Shown piece after piece: positions 14,154 through 28,923 of a stretch of DNA of 64,000 nt. Within the stretch, counting starts at the first letter, position 1. Each line of letters begins with the position of its first letter. A program made the position numbers and the translations under genes. A model generated the notes under the pieces. That model was not told the origin of the DNA. It saw only the letters and a list, made by a program, of their open reading frames with translations, and did no database searches. Origin of the DNA: Eledone cirrhosa. Taxonomy: Eukaryota. The stretch covers positions 276,272,001 to 276,336,000 of the forward strand of contig OZ024741.1 of NCBI GenBank assembly GCA_964016885.1, in the 5' to 3' direction.

Positions 14154-14260
<107 letters not shown>

Positions 14261-14687
14261 AACAATAAAAACAGAAGTCAGGTGTTGGTAGATACTCCAT
14301 TGTTTTACAATCGTTTCAGAGGGTCAATTGATTGGTGGAGATCGATGTATCAACTAGCATGGTGGTGGTTAAGTTACTACCTATTTCTAGTCTCAAAGAC
14401 CCTGTTTAATTGGCCATCCTCCTCAGAAACACTAAACAGATCAGATTATGAAACAATGAACTAACTCTACCTACACCTGACTTCTGTTTTTATTTCAAAC
14501 ACACATATATGCAAATAACTCTGTAACCCAGACTGATTTTCTTCGAGGTTAGCTTAGAGTGATCACCTACCACAAGAACTACTGGTCACACTGCTGATTC
14601 TCGCCACAACCATCTTTCCTAGGATATATTGAGTTCTAACATCATCAGCCCCACCACAACCAAGAGGACTCCAATACATATACACAC

Positions 14688-14718
<31 letters not shown>

Positions 14719-15143
14719 TATTCAACGGCTGCTTTCTCTGGCACAAGGGCTGAATGAGTCTACATAGACCATGTCAGTACTGAAACAAGGGTCTGCAACC
14801 TGCTTATGTACGGTCATATGTTCTATTGAATACAGAGAAGTTGTGTCTTGACACAATATATCATTTCATCATCATCATCATCAACATCGTTTAACGTCCA
14901 TTTTCCACACATGCATGGGTTAGACAGACTGTCATGTTGAGACAATTCAGATCAGGAGACCCTGTCATAATCATATGAATCTGTATTTTGGCTTGATTTC
15001 TATGGTTGGATACATTTTCTATCAACAACTACATTACATATATATATAAATACACACACACACATTATATATATACATACATACACAGATACACATATAT
15101 ATCCATATGTAGTTGACAGACGAAAATATATATATCATCATCA

Positions 15144-15181
<38 letters not shown>

Positions 15182-16140
15182 AAGAGAAAATATTGGCAGT
15201 TTCCCTTGTGTGTAGCAAACAACAATTGTGACAAGTTGTCAGACATTACGCTGGATTAGACCCATTTAATTCTCTATTAGTTTGATGATGTGTGTTGTAC
15301 AGTTGTGTTAAACATCCAGGAAGCTGTGTTTGCAATATGTCTGATTGAGACATCTAAACAATAAAACCCCTCTTATTTCTTGCAGTTGTTTTCTTAGTCA
15401 TAGTTAATACAATAGCCACAGGCGTTCTTATTCCATCAAACCAACAACACTACTTTAAGTCAAATCTGTCTGCATTTAATTTAAAGCTATGAATCATTTT
15501 CAACTTTATACACTCACATTTGTGCATATATATATATATATATATATACACATACATACACACATACACAAATACATACATATATACACAAATACATACA
15601 TACATACATACACACATATCTATATACATATATGAAGATGGCACAAAAGTCATCAGACCATTTTTAAAATAAATATATATATAAAATGGTCTAGTGACTT
15701 TTGGAAGAAGGTGTGTGTGGTCACCATCATTGGATATCTTCCGCACTAGCAAGGGTTAGATGGTGTGTGTGATTGCTGCACCTCGATTTTGAGTAATACC
15801 ATCACTAGATACTTATGCATGAGCATCACGTGCGTGGCTTTTTTAGACTGCCAGGGATTTGCCTATGCCCAGCAATATGGATAGCAAAAAAAAAAAAAAA
15901 AAAAGAAGAGGGAGTGTGTGCGTGCGCACAGTAATCGTTTTTACGTCCACCTTTTCCTTGCTTGCATGGGTTGGACATATATAATGGTGACACTAAATAT
16001 GTATAAACCAAATGATACTGTTGTTTCATTACATTTCATTTATCACCATCCAAACAAGTGGAAGATGAGACAAAATATGAACAGAACAATATAAAAACAT
16101 GATAAAAACAAGACAAACTGGGAAATGTGACAGACATAAT

Positions 16141-16824
<684 letters not shown>

Positions 16825-17504
16825 ATACACACATAATGGTATATATGTGTATATATATATATTCATACACATGAATCTGGCTGTTACAATATCAAGGGCC
16901 TTTGTTTTAGCATATTCACTCTCCACAGACTGGTGGTGGATTAAAAAACATTAGTTTATATTTTTTACATATTGAATAGTTGCAGTACAGCTTGGGTCTT
17001 CAGTGTGACAATTCACACTAAACTATATATATAATGTTTTGGTATGAAAAGTGAGAATTCTTCCATTTCACATTTTTCTATACCATACAGAATGCTTCAA
17101 GCAAACTACAACTTTCTCCTATATCTATATATATATATATATATAAAATATTCATTTATATTCATACAGAAAAGCGCTTCGTAAGCTTTCAAGGTTTAAT
17201 ATTGACCATATCTCCAGATTGTAAGAGGGATCAAAATTGTGACTAACTTTCATGCTTCTACGAGTTTGAAGGTACCATTAAATGTATAGCACACTAAAAC
17301 ATCTGAATGCCTGAAGATTAGGTCACAATTGTGATCCTTTTTACAATCTGGAGCTATGGTCAATATTGGGCATTGAAACCTTAGATAGCACTTTTGTTCC
17401 ATGTATGAACATAAATAAATATATGATATAACATATCAGCTCTCTTCCCTGATTGAGCAGTTTTTCTTTTTCCTTTTCACACCTTCAGATATTTTCTACA
17501 TATA

Positions 17505-17710
17505 CAGGGTGAGCACAAAGTCTTTCCCCGGTTACAAAATACTATATCTTACAATATTATTTGAGATTTTACGTTTTCAATGTTTTAATTTTTAAATTTC
17601 AAATTTTTCTGAACATGTTTTACATTTTCTCTTCAACAGGAAGTAGTTGTAATTTTCAGTAACAAAATGGCAGCTATGAAACAAAAAGGGAAGACTTTAT
17701 GCTCACCCTG
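17505..17710. mobile_element. Tc1/mariner MITE
   Basis: TA-cagggtgagcacaaagtctttccc / gggaagactttatgctcaccctg-TA. Confidence 0.82.
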
Positions 17711-18122
17711 TATATCTCATTTAATTTACAATTGTAAAGCATTAAATGGGATTATTCTATCATTTCTTTGGTTAGATATGCTGTGTTTATGTCTATCTTT
17801 CTGTATTTTTTTAAAGTTAAAAATACTTCTCATGTTCCACCCATAACTACATAAACACATTGAGCTTTGAATAAAACTATTTGGAAATCATATACTCTTC
17901 TATATAGTTCTCTAAATGCAAATAGTTATATTTTTATCCTTGCTATATATATATAAAATTTAATATAGGAATGGCTTCTACAGGACTAGAACCGTTTCAT
18001 TCAAAGGAAATCAATAGGAAAGCCAACTGTCATTGTGGTATGGTGGTATTTGCGAAGGTGATTAGGATGGGTGGAGGTCATTGGTCAAGGGATTTTATGA
18101 ACAGGATATGTGTGTATATGTG

Positions 18123-18172
<50 letters not shown>

Positions 18173-18852
18173 TAATAGTGTCACACTCTACTATCCCAAG
18201 TATTGAGTACTCTGCTGAATAATGGTCTTACTAGTTTAAAACTGGTAAAATCCTGATCTATCTATCTCTCTATATATATATTCTATTACTGGCCTCTGTG
18301 ATTGGGTACAACCATGCTGGAACACCCTCTTCTAACCCCAGGAGGGAGGGAGTCCACCACAACAACTCCAATAGTTAGTATGGTACTTATTTTCTAAACC
18401 TCAATGCAACAGGAAGTGAAAGATAAATGGATGGGAAGGGAGTTAACTGCTATCGAACAAAATAAAATAAAATATTTTTATTTATTTATTTATCTATTTA
18501 TTCAATATTGCAGTTTCAATAAGTGCTAACCACCGAATGAGAGAAATTCATGAAGAAATATAGAATATAAAATTATCTTCTTTATATTTATTATTCCCTG
18601 ATTAGAACATATTGTAATTGATTATCCTGTGCCCTATATTCAATAAATATATTTTTCTCTCCAACATTTTTATAATTTTTGTTTCTAGTTTATATAATAT
18701 TAACCAAGATTCTTTTCACATCGGTTGTCTTTCTTTCAGTTTTCATCTAAACAATGTTATATTATATTTGCAAGAATACAATGGATAAGATTTAAAAAAA
18801 TGAAAGGAAATGAAACAGTGCCCATTAACAAGAAAGTATTTTCCTTTTTAAT

Positions 18853-18988
18853 CTATCCTTCCTGGTTTCGGTGTGAGGTCGTATGATCACCACCATCTTT
18901 AGAATGATGAGAATCTTTTCCACCTGAAGTTGATGATGTAGAGCTTGACACATCCCCTATTTCACTGTACTTGGTTTTTGGCTTATAT
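18853..18988 (-). CDS. UBLCP1: UBLCP1 terminal coding exon
   Basis: Strong acceptor ttttttttctag|, correct phase; YKPKTKYSEIGDVSSSTSSTSGGKDSHHSKDGGDHTTSHRNQEG then TAG. Low sequence conservation, so less certain. Confidence 0.75.
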
Positions 18989-19174
18989 CTAGAAAAAAAA
19001 GTCAAAGGAAATTAGAGTACAATTTTGTCAAGTAGGAGAGAAAATTAAAAAAAAAATATTTATGTAATGAAAAGAGTAAAATAACAGCTGGGAGTATTTG
19101 TTATATTGTTTCTTGTATTTAAAGAAAGAAGGAAGGACTCAGCTAGAACACTTTTGATCATAGAGTGTAAGATT

Positions 19175-19690
19175 ATTGTAGATATGGTCATAGAATTGAC
19201 AGAGTGTAACTAATGTAGATAGGGTCATAAAAGTGACATGGAATATAACATTGTAGATAGGGTCGTAGAAGTGACATGGAATATAACATTGTAGATAGGG
19301 TCGTAGAAGTGACATGGGGTGTAACATTATTGTAGATAGGGTCATAAAAGTGACATGGAATAGAACATTGTAGATAGGGTCGTAGAAGTGACATGGAATA
19401 TAACATTGTAGATAGGGTCGTAGAAGTGACATGGGGTGTAACATTATTGTAGATAGGGTCATAAAAGTGACATGGAATAGAACATTGTAGATAGGGTCAT
19501 AGAAGTAACATGGAGTGTAACATTGTAGATAGGGTTGTAGAAGTGATATGGAATAGAACCTTATTGTAGATAGGGTCATAGAAGTGACATGGAATGTAAC
19601 TGTAGATGGGGTCATAAAAGTGACAGTGTAACATTATTGTAGATAGGGTCATAAAAGTGACAGAGTGTAACAGTATTGTAGATAGGATTA
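19175..19690. repeat. Approx. 31-34-bp minisatellite
   Basis: Unit acattgtagatagggtc(g/a)tagaagtgacatggaatata with variants. Confidence 0.92.
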
Positions 19691-19731
19691 TAAAAATATG
19701 GACGTTAAACAATGATGATGGTGGTATTTAC

Positions 19732-19859
19732 CTTTCCCAGTGTGAATGTTTCAGATGACTAAAGTCTTCAAGTGGTGCGATGACCTTGAGATATCTTGAG
19801 AGTTTCAGCAGCTCTCGGTCAGTGCCACGGTTCATATGGGCAGATTTGAAAGGTCGGAT
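19732..19859 (-). CDS. UBLCP1: UBLCP1 coding exon 8
   Basis: ctcag|...|gtaaat; IRPFKSAHMNRGTDRELLKLSRYLKVIAPLEDFSHLKHSHWER. Confidence 0.95.
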
Positions 19860-20365
19860 CTGAGGCCAAGAGAGAGAGAGAGAGAGAGAGAGAAGAGGTG
19901 ATACATTAAGATCTGAAAATAATACTGCAAGTAAAATGAAAGGAGAGTAAGGGATGGAAAGAGAGAGGAGAGCAAAAGAGAGAAAGAAACAGAGAGGGAG
20001 AGAGAAACAGAGAGAGGGGGGAGGGAGAAAGAAAGAGGTAAGGAGAAGAGGAGAAAAGAAGAGGGGGAGAAGGAAATTGAGAAAGAAAGGAGAGAGACAA
20101 AAGAGAGAGGGAGAGGACAAAGAGATATAGAGGAAGAATCGACCTCCAGTACTAAACTGGTACTTTTTTTATCGACCTTAAATGGATGAAAGATAATGTT
20201 GACCTTAGCGGGATTTGAACTTAGAGAGCAGAGAGACGAAACAAATACCGCAAAGCATTCTATCCAATGTTCTAATGACTACCAATTCACCACCTATGCT
20301 CCAGTACATAGGGGTTAAATAATTGTATCACAAGACAGGCTAGCTAAAGTAAAAGGTTCCCTTAC

Positions 20366-20479
20366 TTTTAAACCACTCTGTGGATTCATCAAGAAGTTAC
20401 GCCGGACATCATCAAACATAATAGTATTCTTTGTTGACCAACGGCTGAATTTTCCCCAAATGACACCCAAAGGCTTGAC
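20366..20479 (-). CDS. UBLCP1: UBLCP1 coding exon 7
   Basis: attag|...|gtaagg; [38 protein letters not shown]. Confidence 0.96.
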
Positions 20480-20550
20480 CTAATTCAAAAGAAAATGAAT
20501 AAATAAAAAAATAATATTCAAATAAATTCATATTCATAGCATACATAGTA

Positions 20551-20856
20551 CAGTGGAACCTCAATTCACGAATGTTCCCATCATGAACAAATCGGTTCAC
20601 AAACAATTTTTCCAAACATAAAATGTCTTGGGTGACGAACAGAATTTCGAGAAACAAACACACAAGCTGGCAACAAGCTGGGAGTATTGGCAGAAAAGTG
20701 TCACTTGTTGTGTAGTTAGTTACTGTAGTGATATCTGTCTTTTACACAGTCTCTCTCTCAACATTTTGTAAGGGAAAAATAGTTTTGGTTTACAAACTTT
20801 TCGGGTGACAAACAGCTTTCAGGAACGAATTAAGTTCATGAACCAAGGTTCTGTTG
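20551..20856. mobile_element. Tigger/pogo-type MITE (second copy at about 46299-46646)
   Basis: TA-cagtggaacctc..ttcacgaa left TIR; ttcgtgaaccgaggttccactg-TA right TIR in the second copy; shared interior. Confidence 0.75.
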
Positions 20857-21280
20857 CATTAGAATCTTCTAGAGATTGGTCATGTTGGATATTGCTTATA
20901 TTGATTTCGTTAATTTAGGAGGGCTTGTAAAGGTCATGGGAACTGCCCCTCCTCTATTAACTAATTCATACAGTAAATATCTTATTAGCCGTTTATATAT
21001 CCATTAAACCCATGCAAACATGGAAAAACGGATGTAAAAATGGTGTTGATGATGATGAGATGAAGGGACATGGCTAATGGAGAGATGCTGTGTTGAGAAG
21101 GACCCATCCAACCCATGTGTGAAAAAACATATCAAAAGGTGATGATGTTATTAACTTCAGGTCAGTTCTGTTTCAGCAGACCTATGATTCACCAAACTCT
21201 CTATTTTTCCAGAGATATATTATACAATATGTAGTTTTAGATAATATTCCAAATGGAATATGAATTCAAAACTTTTGTTA

Positions 21281-22230
<950 letters not shown>

Positions 22231-22380
22231 ACAACTACGACAACGGAGCATCAAAGTTGAACTGTTCCACTCGAAACATCTTTTTACTATCTTATTCACC
22301 TGAAAGATAGGATGCAAATAAATTAATTAAATATTTTTTTTTTTAAAAATCAGAAAAAAATCTCTCAAACCTTCACTGAC

Positions 22381-22517
22381 CTTAACGACCCCATATTTTG
22401 GAGTTTGTACACTAATCATAGCCAAGTCATCAAGCATAAAGGTTATCTTGTAGTTTAAATTACTAGTTACACCAAGTTCTTTCATCTTAATCTCAATCCA
22501 TTTCATGGTGGTGGCCG
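22381..22517 (-). CDS. UBLCP1: UBLCP1 coding exon 6
   Basis: tctag|...|gtcagt; SATTMKWIEIKMKELGVTSNLNYKITFMLDDLAMISVQTPKYGVVK. Confidence 0.95.
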
Positions 22518-22571
22518 CTAGAAGGAGGAGGAGAAAGACAATACAGAAATTTAAAAGCTGGTATATACAGT

Positions 22572-22760
22572 ATAATTGTTTCTACTTTTGGCACAAGGCC
22601 AGCAATTACCCAGTGCATTACTGGTACTTTATTTTATCGACCCCATAAGGATGAAAGGCAAAGTTAACCTTGGCGGGATTTGAACTCAGAATGGCAAGGG
22701 CCGTAACTCTATGCGTCAAAGCATGGCGTCCGACCCTCTACCGATACTGCCAATCCCCCG
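22572..22760 (-). mobile_element. Abundant approx. 190-bp SINE family (representative copy); others at about 11060, 25537, 28970, 29195, 34535, 36055, 39760-40075, 40430-40810, 41840, 43860, 48135-48730, 49172, 57275, 63420
   Basis: B box gagttcaaatccc, core gttaactttgcctttcatccttacggggtcgataaaataaagtaccag, (TAT)n-like tail; 17-bp TSDs at 25520/25699 and 49155/49312. Confidence 0.88.
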
Positions 22761-22784
22761 TATATACAGTATAATGAGGATGTG

Positions 22785-23332
22785 CGAGGGGCTTCAAAAA
22801 GTTCGTGGAAAAAGCACAGTTGGAAAAACCGGTTTAAGTTACAATGATAATTTTTCAACGTATGCTCCACGTAGGTCAATACACTTCTGCAAGTGTTGAT
22901 ACCAGCCTTTAGGTCCATCTGTGTAAAACTGAAGGCCATGCGATTTAAACCACGTCAAAGCAGTTTTTTTTACATCTTCAACTGGGAATCATCTTCAACC
23001 TCATCTCTTCCACTTCTAAAACGACTTATCCATTTGTAGGTTGTTGATTTCTTTGGGTCATTGTCACCATAAACTTTCTCCAGAGCATCAATGATTTGGC
23101 TACTCTTCTACCCCAGCTTCACCATGAATCTGATGTTTTGATGGAAACAATGTTGCTCAAGCAGGTGCTGACATCCGACTGGCACCACCGTGTTGCAACA
23201 TGCATTTAAGGGTTCATGTTAGAACATATTATGACACATTAGTACGACAACGTACAGGTGCATTGAAATCAAAATCCCTGCATATTATTTTTAGCATTGT
23301 ACTTTTTCCACAAACATTTTGAAGCCCCCTCA
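22785..23332 (-). mobile_element. Internally deleted mariner, irritans subfamily (Hsmar2-like)
   Basis: TIRs cgaggggcttcaaaaagttcgtggaaaaag / ctttttccacaaacattttgaagccccctca-TA; remnants IRFMVKLG*KSSQIIDALEKVYGDNDPKKS and KKTALTWF..WYQHLQKCIDLRGAYVEK. Confidence 0.88.
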
Positions 23333-24534
23333 TATAACAATGACATAAATAAATGACATCTAATATAGATATTGTGCAATATATTAAACAGTAACAATTA
23401 CTCTATATTAAACAACAGAGGGTGAAGGCATGTGGCCTAGTGGTAAGGGTGTTGGACTTACGATCGTAATGTCATGGGTTCAATTTCTGGGCTGGGTTAC
23501 ATGTGTTCTTGAGCAAAACATATCATGTCATGTTGCTACAGTATACTCAACTGAAAATGAGTACTAGCAATAGCTGGGGGTCTAACCCTGCGATGGACTG
23601 GCGTCTTGTCCAGTGGGGAGTCTTGTACACTCAGTTGCTTCACGCCATCTAACCGGGATAATCACAGTATATATACACTGTATATATATTATGTAAAGTA
23701 GATATACACTATATATGATGTCCAACGGAACGAAAGACCGATATAGCTTGCCACCAATGATGTCACAACTCATATCTACAGCTGAGTGAACTGGAGCACT
23801 GCTTAGTCCAAGATTCGAACTCACAACCTTCTGATTGTGAGCTCAACACCCTAACCACTAGGCTACACTCCTTCACTATAATAAAGATGTAGGGCAGGGA
23901 AAGCAGACATTAAAATGACAATGATATAACTAACAATAACTCCATATTACACAACTGGGAAGAAAGTGATGTGTAACAGTGAGTCTTCATTTTTTTTCTT
24001 TCTTAGTGCCTTCTTTGAAATATTTATAAAGGCTAATGAGACTCCAGTCCAAGGAATTTACAATATATGGTGGTAGCCCCACATTTCAAAAGCTTCTACT
24101 TTTCTCATAATATCCCTAGTTGAACTCACAACCTCACAATTGTGAGCCCAGCACTATAACCACTAAGCCATATGACTCATTGATGTATGTATGGTCCCAT
24201 AACTCATGGAGAGAGTTGTAGGGGCACCATATTCATATACAGAGTTTCTTGGGCATTTAAAAACATGGCAAAGCCCAGATATCCTCTCCAGGTTTAAATA
24301 TAGCAGATTTCTTCCAGAGAAGGATATATATAGAGAGAGAATGGAAGTGAGAAGAGATGTTGAGAAAGAATCGACTCCAGTATTTGACTGGAACTTTTGT
24401 TAACCTTGAATAGATGAAAGGCAAAGTTAACCTCAGAGAGCAGGGAGACGGGACCAATATCACAAAGCATTCTATCCGACGTTCTAACAACTCTACCAAT
24501 ACACTGTCTATCATTGATGTATACAATACAACAG

Positions 24535-25062
24535 CAACAACTACACAACAGTGGTGTATAACAACTATACAACAGTGGTGTATAACAACAACTACACAAC
24601 AGTGGTGTATAACAACTACACAACAGTGGTGTATAACAACTACACAACAGTGGTGTACAACAACAACTACACAACAGTGGTGTATAACAACAACTACACA
24701 ACAGTGGTGTATAACAACAACTACACAACAGTGGTGTATAACAACAACTACACAACAGTGGTGTATAACAACAACTACACAACAGTGGTGTATAACAACT
24801 ACACAACAGTGGTGTATAACAACTACACAACAGTGGTGTACAACAACTATACAACAGTGGTGTATAACAACAACTATACAACAGTGGTGTATAACAACAA
24901 CTACACAACAGTGGTGTATAACAACTACACAACAGTGGTGTATAACAACTACACAACAGTGGTGTATAACAACTACACAACAGTGGTGTATAACAACTAC
25001 ACAACAGTGGTGTATAACAACTACACAACAGTGGTGTATAACAACAACAACTACACAACAAT
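24535..25062. repeat. 21/24-bp minisatellite
   Basis: Unit (aca)acaactacacaacagtggtgtata. Confidence 0.95.
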
Positions 25063-25159
25063 GTGAGAAAATGATGTTTAACAAAGCTGAAAGGGATTAC
25101 ACAACAACAACAACAACTCTAATTAAACTGATTAATTATTGTAAATCTAATCAACTTAC

Positions 25160-25258
25160 ACCATATAACGATGTCATAATCTTCATAGGCAGCGGTGAGG
25201 AATTCATGGAGAAATGGTCGCATCAGTTCATTGGCTCTTTCGGCAGCTGACTTGTGGT
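25160..25258 (-). CDS. UBLCP1: UBLCP1 coding exon 5
   Basis: cacag|...|gtaagt; [33 protein letters not shown]. Confidence 0.95.
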
Positions 25259-25439
25259 CTGTGTGGACACACGATAAAGTTTACTATAGTGTCACTCATT
25301 ACATTCTAACACACACATATATTAGAATATGGGATTAACCGACCAGGATGTGCAGACCACATTATGGTCTGTTGGTTGTAAAGCAGATAAAAAGAAGTGC
25401 TCAATGACCTGTATAAATGGTGCAAGCCGGAGCATTATA

Positions 25440-26636
25440 TCTAAACTATAATAAAGTAAGGAGTGCGGGACTGCGTCCAGAATATGTTTTTTTTATCCCG
25501 CTTGTAAAATAAGTTGGATTACTTTGAATAAATAATTGTTTCTACGTTTGGCAGAAGGCCAGCAATTACCCAGTGTATTACTGGTACTTTATTTTATCGA
25601 CCCCGTAAGGATGAAAGGCAAAGTTAACCTCGGCGGGATTTGAACTCAGAATGGCAAGGACCGTAACTCTATACATCAAAGCATGGCGTCCGGCCCTCTA
25701 CTTTGAATAAATAATGAATGAATATTACATAATTTATCTACTAAATTTCGTTATTCTTGATTAAATATAAATAATTTTGTTGGTTATTTTAAGATTCACT
25801 TCTTTAAAATTTTCAAATGTCAACACTTCCAGTTAACGATCGCTTAAATAAACATTCATATGTTTCCGTCACTAATTTTCTCCTAATGCAGTTTATATAT
25901 AACTAGCAGAATGGCCCGGCGCTGCTCGGGATTTGCTCTAGGGTTCTTATATATTTGATATATAATTATCATTATCGAGCCTCGTGAAATAAATACGTTT
26001 CTTTATATTTTGTTATTGTGTATGCAAAAATATCTGTACACAAATATATAATTATATATTAAAATAACAGATTAAAGTTTAAGCAAAGAATCGCTGCTTT
26101 CACCCTTAACGGGATCTTTTGAAACTACAAAAATCAATCTGTGAACACAGAAGTAAATATTTCGAAAAACGTTACACACCATATATATACACACACACAC
26201 CGCGTCATAATGTCATAATGCAGACAGCCAGGCATACAGACATATTATAAGGGCGCAACGTTATATCTATGTATCTATCTAAAAAGAGAATGACTAAGAA
26301 TTATAGAGAGAGATCACTAAATTGCCTAATGCGCTCCCTAGGGTATTGAACATTTGCTCAAAACACACACAGGATCATAAGTATTACATGTGTAAAGTTT
26401 GAAAACAATTGGTTGGGTGGTTCTCGAGTTTCAGTGAATGGATAGACAGACATTCTCTGTTTTAGATATATAGATATCGTCTTTTTTTAATGTATCATGG
26501 ATTACGTTACTGATTAAATAAGACAGTGTAACGCAGTCTATTATGATTTTATTTGATATATCATATGTACATGCATATATAATATACACACTATCATGCT
26601 AGCAGAAAACCACCCGAAGGATGGTTTTTCTGCTAG
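25440..26636 (+). mobile_element. Non-autonomous Helitron containing a nested SINE and a second Helitron
   Basis: A|TC start; 3' hairpin agcagaaaaccacc-cgaa-ggatggtttttctgCTAG|T; related uninterrupted copy at 5064-5482 (-). Confidence 0.78.
25903..26474 (-). mobile_element. Non-autonomous Helitron (inner, different family)
   Basis: Minus strand starts A|TCtatatatctaaaaacagagaatgtctgtct and ends cccgagcagcgccggg-ccattctgCTAG|T. Confidence 0.8.
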
Positions 26637-27758
26637 TATTATTTAAAGATTGAAGGCCATTTAAGGTTTATTGAAAACTCTATTAACCCTTTAGCATTTA
26701 CATCACTCTATATAAACTATTATATTTTCATGGTAAAGGCTTTATATTACATAATATCGAATCTATCAGAATTTGATATTATTTTGAGAACAATACCTTA
26801 ACATCAGTATGAGTAGCTGGTTATGGCCGGTTTGAACAGAAAGAGGTGAGAGAATTTTGGGCAGATATGGCCAGTTTAAATGCCAACGGGTTATACTTAT
26901 TTCACTGAGGACTATCAGTTATGATAGTCTGAGCTCTTCAGACGGCAAAACTTATGAAGTCTTTAAAACATTGAAAGTTCCCCCGAACAAAAAAAAAAAA
27001 AACACCACACCTTTGGTCATAAATAACCATGGGATTTGCACCTAGAAAGTTCCCCTCCCAGGCACAAGTCCAGGCAAAATTGCTTGTGGAAGACCAGCAG
27101 TCGCCCATGCATGAATGGGTACACAAATTCTTTCTATATTTTTTTATAGCTATACTGTATTTATATTGTTCAAGATTAAATATTTAAAAACAAAAATATT
27201 TGGATATTATCCAGATATTTTACAGCAAAAATATGAAAACAATGGAAAAAAATTGGAAAAGAAAAAAGTGAAAAAAAAAAAAAATTTGGTAACGAAAAAA
27301 TTAAAAGCCAAGCAATTAATAAAAAAATATTTTAGATATTTTAGATATTTTAGCTTTGCTAGTTTGAGATAAAAAAGCAGTAAAAAAGAAATTGGACAAA
27401 AACAATGGTATCTAATTTTAGAAGATTTAGAATATGTTGGATGGAGGAAATGTTAAGAATGATTGGGCACATATATGTATATGTGTGTGTTACTTACATA
27501 TACACACACAAACACATAGCTTCGTATGGATGTATAACACACGCACACATATAGCTCTATATACAAAACCTTATTTTTTCCATTTCAGGTAGACGCGCTC
27601 CATCATCCATGTTTCTAAAAATTTATATCATACACGAAACACCAGCATCAACAGTTTTCCAAGAGATGGCAACATGAATGAACCTGTTATTTTTCTCTAA
27701 AAACATTTTTTCCGATTCCGCCCTGCCCGTCCCTTCAATCTTTCTAATTTCTCATTCT

Positions 27759-27795
27759 TTCTTCTGATGAAGGACTAGTGTCCGAAATGTTAAAA
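27759..27795 (+). ncRNA. Minimal type I hammerhead ribozyme-like motif
   Basis: tt-CTGATGA-a-GGAC-tagt-GTCC-GAAA-tgtt-aa. Confidence 0.6.
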
Positions 27796-28807
27796 CCCTC
27801 TTTCTGTTATTTCAAGCGTTAAACAAATATATTCCTTCTATATACTGTACTGATTATGTTGTTATTTCTGTTCACCTTTTACATACATACATACAAGATA
27901 GCTGCAAACTCTGCTGAGAGTATTGCAATCGCTTGTCAGATTATAGAGTTTGGTGCACTTTTAGGCTATGGCCAGCCACACGAACCTGTAACATATCCTG
28001 AACAAGCAATGCCTGTGCTTTGAAGGTTTTTTAAGTGAGGAGAGGCCTTGCACTCGACCAATCCCACTCTCTTAGCATCGAAAACACTACCAGAAAGGAG
28101 AACTGGTCAACATCATCGGATGCTCCCAAAGCTGCAGGTTTTTTTTTCAGAGTTTCCTTCTCTTAGAAAGGTGTTGTGGCAACAACTGGGGGTCTTTCAC
28201 TCCCAGGTGAAAAAGAAACTACTATTTGGATGGCTGTTGACTCTGCTGAGTTCCTCTGCCCTTTGCCGGGTCTTGTATTTCATCCCACAGGGTGTCCAAA
28301 TATCACCCTCCTCACCAAGCTAGCTTGGTGAGGTTGCCGGTTTAGTGACCGATGATCCGACCATGAGACAGGTTGTGCTGGGTTACCATGTGAACAGTAG
28401 CACTCAAGAGCATCCTGACATACATATATATATAAATATATAGATATATATATATGTATGTGTGTATGTATATGTCATCATCATTGTTTAATGCCCATTT
28501 CATTTTCCACGCTATCATGGATTAGACGGGTTGTCCCATTTGAGGCAAGTTGGGTCAACTGTTTCTGGCTTGATTTATATGGCTGGGTGCCCTTCCTAAT
28601 GCCAACCACATTTACAGTGTGTGCTGGGTGCTTTTTGTCGTGACATCTACACGACCACTTTACAGTGCGGGCTGGATGTGTGTGTGTGTATATATATATA
28701 GTGACACACATGTATATACACACACACAAACATATATATAGCACCAACAACACTGCCACTATATAACATCTGCCTTCCTCCCTTGTTAGTATAACATGTT
28801 AACTTAC

Positions 28808-28923
28808 CAAACAGAGTATAATCAATATCTAACACCAAAAGCTTCTTGCCTTCTCTGGGTGGGTTTAAAATGTTCACATTGTAATCTCGGACACGTTTTT
28901 CAATCTTAGCAAGATGTTCCTCC
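28808..28923 (-). CDS. UBLCP1: UBLCP1 coding exon 4 (catalytic DxDxT motif)
   Basis: tgtag|...|gtaagt; [38 protein letters not shown], the FCP/SCP-type HAD motif I. Confidence 0.96.

Noticed and set aside
24257-25250. Repeat-protein ORFs (TTTQQWCI, HHCCVVVI)
   Set aside because: Minisatellite translation; only 25160-25258 on the minus strand is a real exon.
28040-28420. Possible HDV-like ribozyme or LINE 5' UTR around the 24-bp palindrome cctcaccaagctagcttggtgagg
   Set aside because: Could not assemble a convincing nested double pseudoknot by eye; left unclassified.
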